In this document: positions 62,853 to 64,000 of the stretch, in pieces
Layout: each line of letters opens with the position of its first letter
Position numbering within the stretch: position 1 is the stretch's first letter
Assembly: GCA_051006655.1 (NCBI GenBank)
Contig: JBPCSZ010000038.1
Coordinates: 3,990-67,989 of the forward strand
Direction: 5' to 3'
DNA from: Chitinophagaceae bacterium
Lineage (GTDB): Bacteria; Bacteroidota; Bacteroidia; Chitinophagales; Chitinophagaceae
DNA length: 64,000 bases
Translations under genes and position numbers: made by a program
The notes under the pieces: model-generated
Told to the model about the DNA's origin: nothing
Database searches by the model: none
What the model saw: only the letters and a program-made list of their open reading frames with translations

Positions 62853-63656
62853 ATGAACGCACATCCTTCTTATCTCGACATTCTGTTCGAAAACCGTAAT
62901 CAATTATATGGCGCTTATAAACTTCGCCAAGAATACGGACACCGAGCCCGCCAAGCTTTTTTATTCAGTGCTGCCTTGTTTTGGTTGGCCGTTTTGATTC
63001 CCTTTTTGTATGGCATTTATCATCATGGACCCATACCGGTAAAACCTCCAATTAGTCCATATGTATTAAGTCAAGTGGATTTACCCAATATCAATCCGGT
63101 TGCCCCTGTTAGTCCACCACCGCCTGCCGCTCCCAAACCCAATCCCGATGTATTTCGCATTGTGCCCGACGATATCGTTTTGCCTATCATTCCACCCGTA
63201 GGACCCAAACCGCCGGAAGGCGCAGTAGGGGGCGATGGCCCAGGAGGGAATATTGGTGGTAGTCCGGGAGGCAGTGGCCCCGGTGGTGGCCCAGGCGGTG
63301 GTGGCCCAGGCAATATCATTCCACCGGTAGAAAACAAAGTGTACGATATGTTGAGCATTGCTCAATATCCGGAATACCCCGGGGGAGAAGAAGCTTTAAT
63401 GCGCTTTTTACAACAAAACATCAAATACCCCGATATGGCCCGCAAACAAGATGTACAAGGCCGTGTAGTGATTCGCTTTATTGTAGATGCTAATGGCAAT
63501 ATCAATGAAGTGAAACTGTTCCGAGGTATTGGTTTTGGTTGCGACGAAGAAGCCGTGCGTGTGGTGAAGATGATGCCCGCTTGGAAACCAGGAAGAAACG
63601 ACGGCAAACCCGTATCTGTTTATTTCGATTTGCCGATACATTTTAGTTTAGAATAA
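62853..63656 (+). CDS. tonB: Energy transducer TonB
   Basis: 267 aa with an N-terminal TM helix, a Pro-rich and Gly-rich spacer, and the C-terminal TonB domain (YPEYPGGEEALMRFL...GRVVIRFIVDANGNI..). Confidence 0.85.
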   Translation: MNAHPSYLDILFENRNQLYGAYKLRQEYGHRARQAFLFSAALFWLAVLIPFLYGIYHHGPIPVKPPISPYVLSQVDLPNINPVAPVSPPPPAAPKPNPDVFRIVPDDIVLPIIPPVGPKPPEGAVGGDGPGGNIGGSPGGSGPGGGPGGGGPGNIIPPVENKVYDMLSIAQYPEYPGGEEALMRFLQQNIKYPDMARKQDVQGRVVIRFIVDANGNINEVKLFRGIGFGCDEEAVRVVKMMPAWKPGRNDGKPVSVYFDLPIHFSLE

Positions 63657-63725
63657 ATGCTTTTAAAACCCATCTCTTTCTCGCTGAGGTCTCCTGCAAG
63701 GGACTCAGCGAAATCGGAGGAAATT

Positions 63726-64000
63726 GAATCTTGTTGGTGATAACACCAACAAGGGCTTCTCTAAACACAAATTTGTATTCCACAATCATCAATCTCGGCT
63801 CGGCCTTAGAAAAATAGCGTGAAGAAAATGACGATTTTTATCGCAGAAATAAAAACACAATTAAACCGATGAATTAAGTTCAATCGTTGGGTTCTATCTA
63901 ATGAAGTTGAATTTAACGATGCCGATGCATAGCTTTTTTATTTCCGATAAAAATTGGCATTTTTAGCTATTTTTCGGAAGCCGAAGTTTTTTGCTCCACT
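63726..64000 (+). repeat. Dispersed intergenic module, copy 2 (truncated by the window edge)
   Basis: The hairpin CTTGTTGGTG-N4-CACCAACAAG followed by GGCTTCTCTAAA is at 63730-63765. The long repeat 63809-64000 is about 88% identical to 21696-21884. Here the hairpin precedes the long repeat instead of following it. Confidence 0.8.

Noticed and set aside
21675-64000. The two copies of the dispersed module as the ends of a 42-kb mobile element
   Set aside because: The interval is full of core genes (pckA, rpsU, ribE, ccmEF, kynA, peptidases). The copies are direct repeats and internally rearranged, and no mobility genes accompany them.

Overview
This is a chromosomal window from a Bacteroidota genome. 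Supporting content: DUF1573 lipoproteins, a GH3-family protein, an rpsU-xerC pair, four-helix-bundle '23S IVS' genes, a fused E1 alpha/beta dehydrogenase, and TTG/TAnnTTTG-type promoter boxes. I count about 57 protein-coding genes, most of them housekeeping (rnr, lpxK, pcm, trhO, ribD, ribE, queA, photolyase, kynA, ccmE/ccmF, rpsU, pckA, M16 and S41 peptidases, TonB), plus two tRNA-Ser genes. I see no rRNA, no CRISPR array and no transposase; the only recombinase is a housekeeping-type XerC/D. Four things are not ordinary. (1) A 2.7-kb islet sits at tRNA-Ser(UGA). It carries a 520-aa Fic protein and a four-helix-bundle (Avd/23S-IVS family) gene. It is bounded by a long direct repeat that includes the last 12 nt of the tRNA, and it also contains an iteron-like 9-11-mer array, a nested inverted-repeat RNA-like element and a variable hexanucleotide microsatellite. 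(2) A solitary 1292-aa DUF4011-like/Upf1-like SF1 helicase is fused to a C-terminal Vsr/DUF559-like nuclease. It lies directly behind a ~300-bp intergenic module that recurs at the right edge of the window. (3) An ~11-kb sulfur-compound cluster runs from a TauE exporter to a LysR regulator. It includes a CstB-like persulfide dioxygenase-rhodanese, split YeeE/YedE, a TsdA-like dihaem cytochrome, a secreted DsrE-like protein, a Tat-exported SoxB-like hydrolase, a porin, Crp/Fnr and an MFS-rhodanese fusion, with a CRP-type palindrome at its first promoter. (4) A family of GC-rich intergenic elements occupies at least five loci. All calls come from reading the sequence and the ORF translations by eye. 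No database search or folding computation was run.
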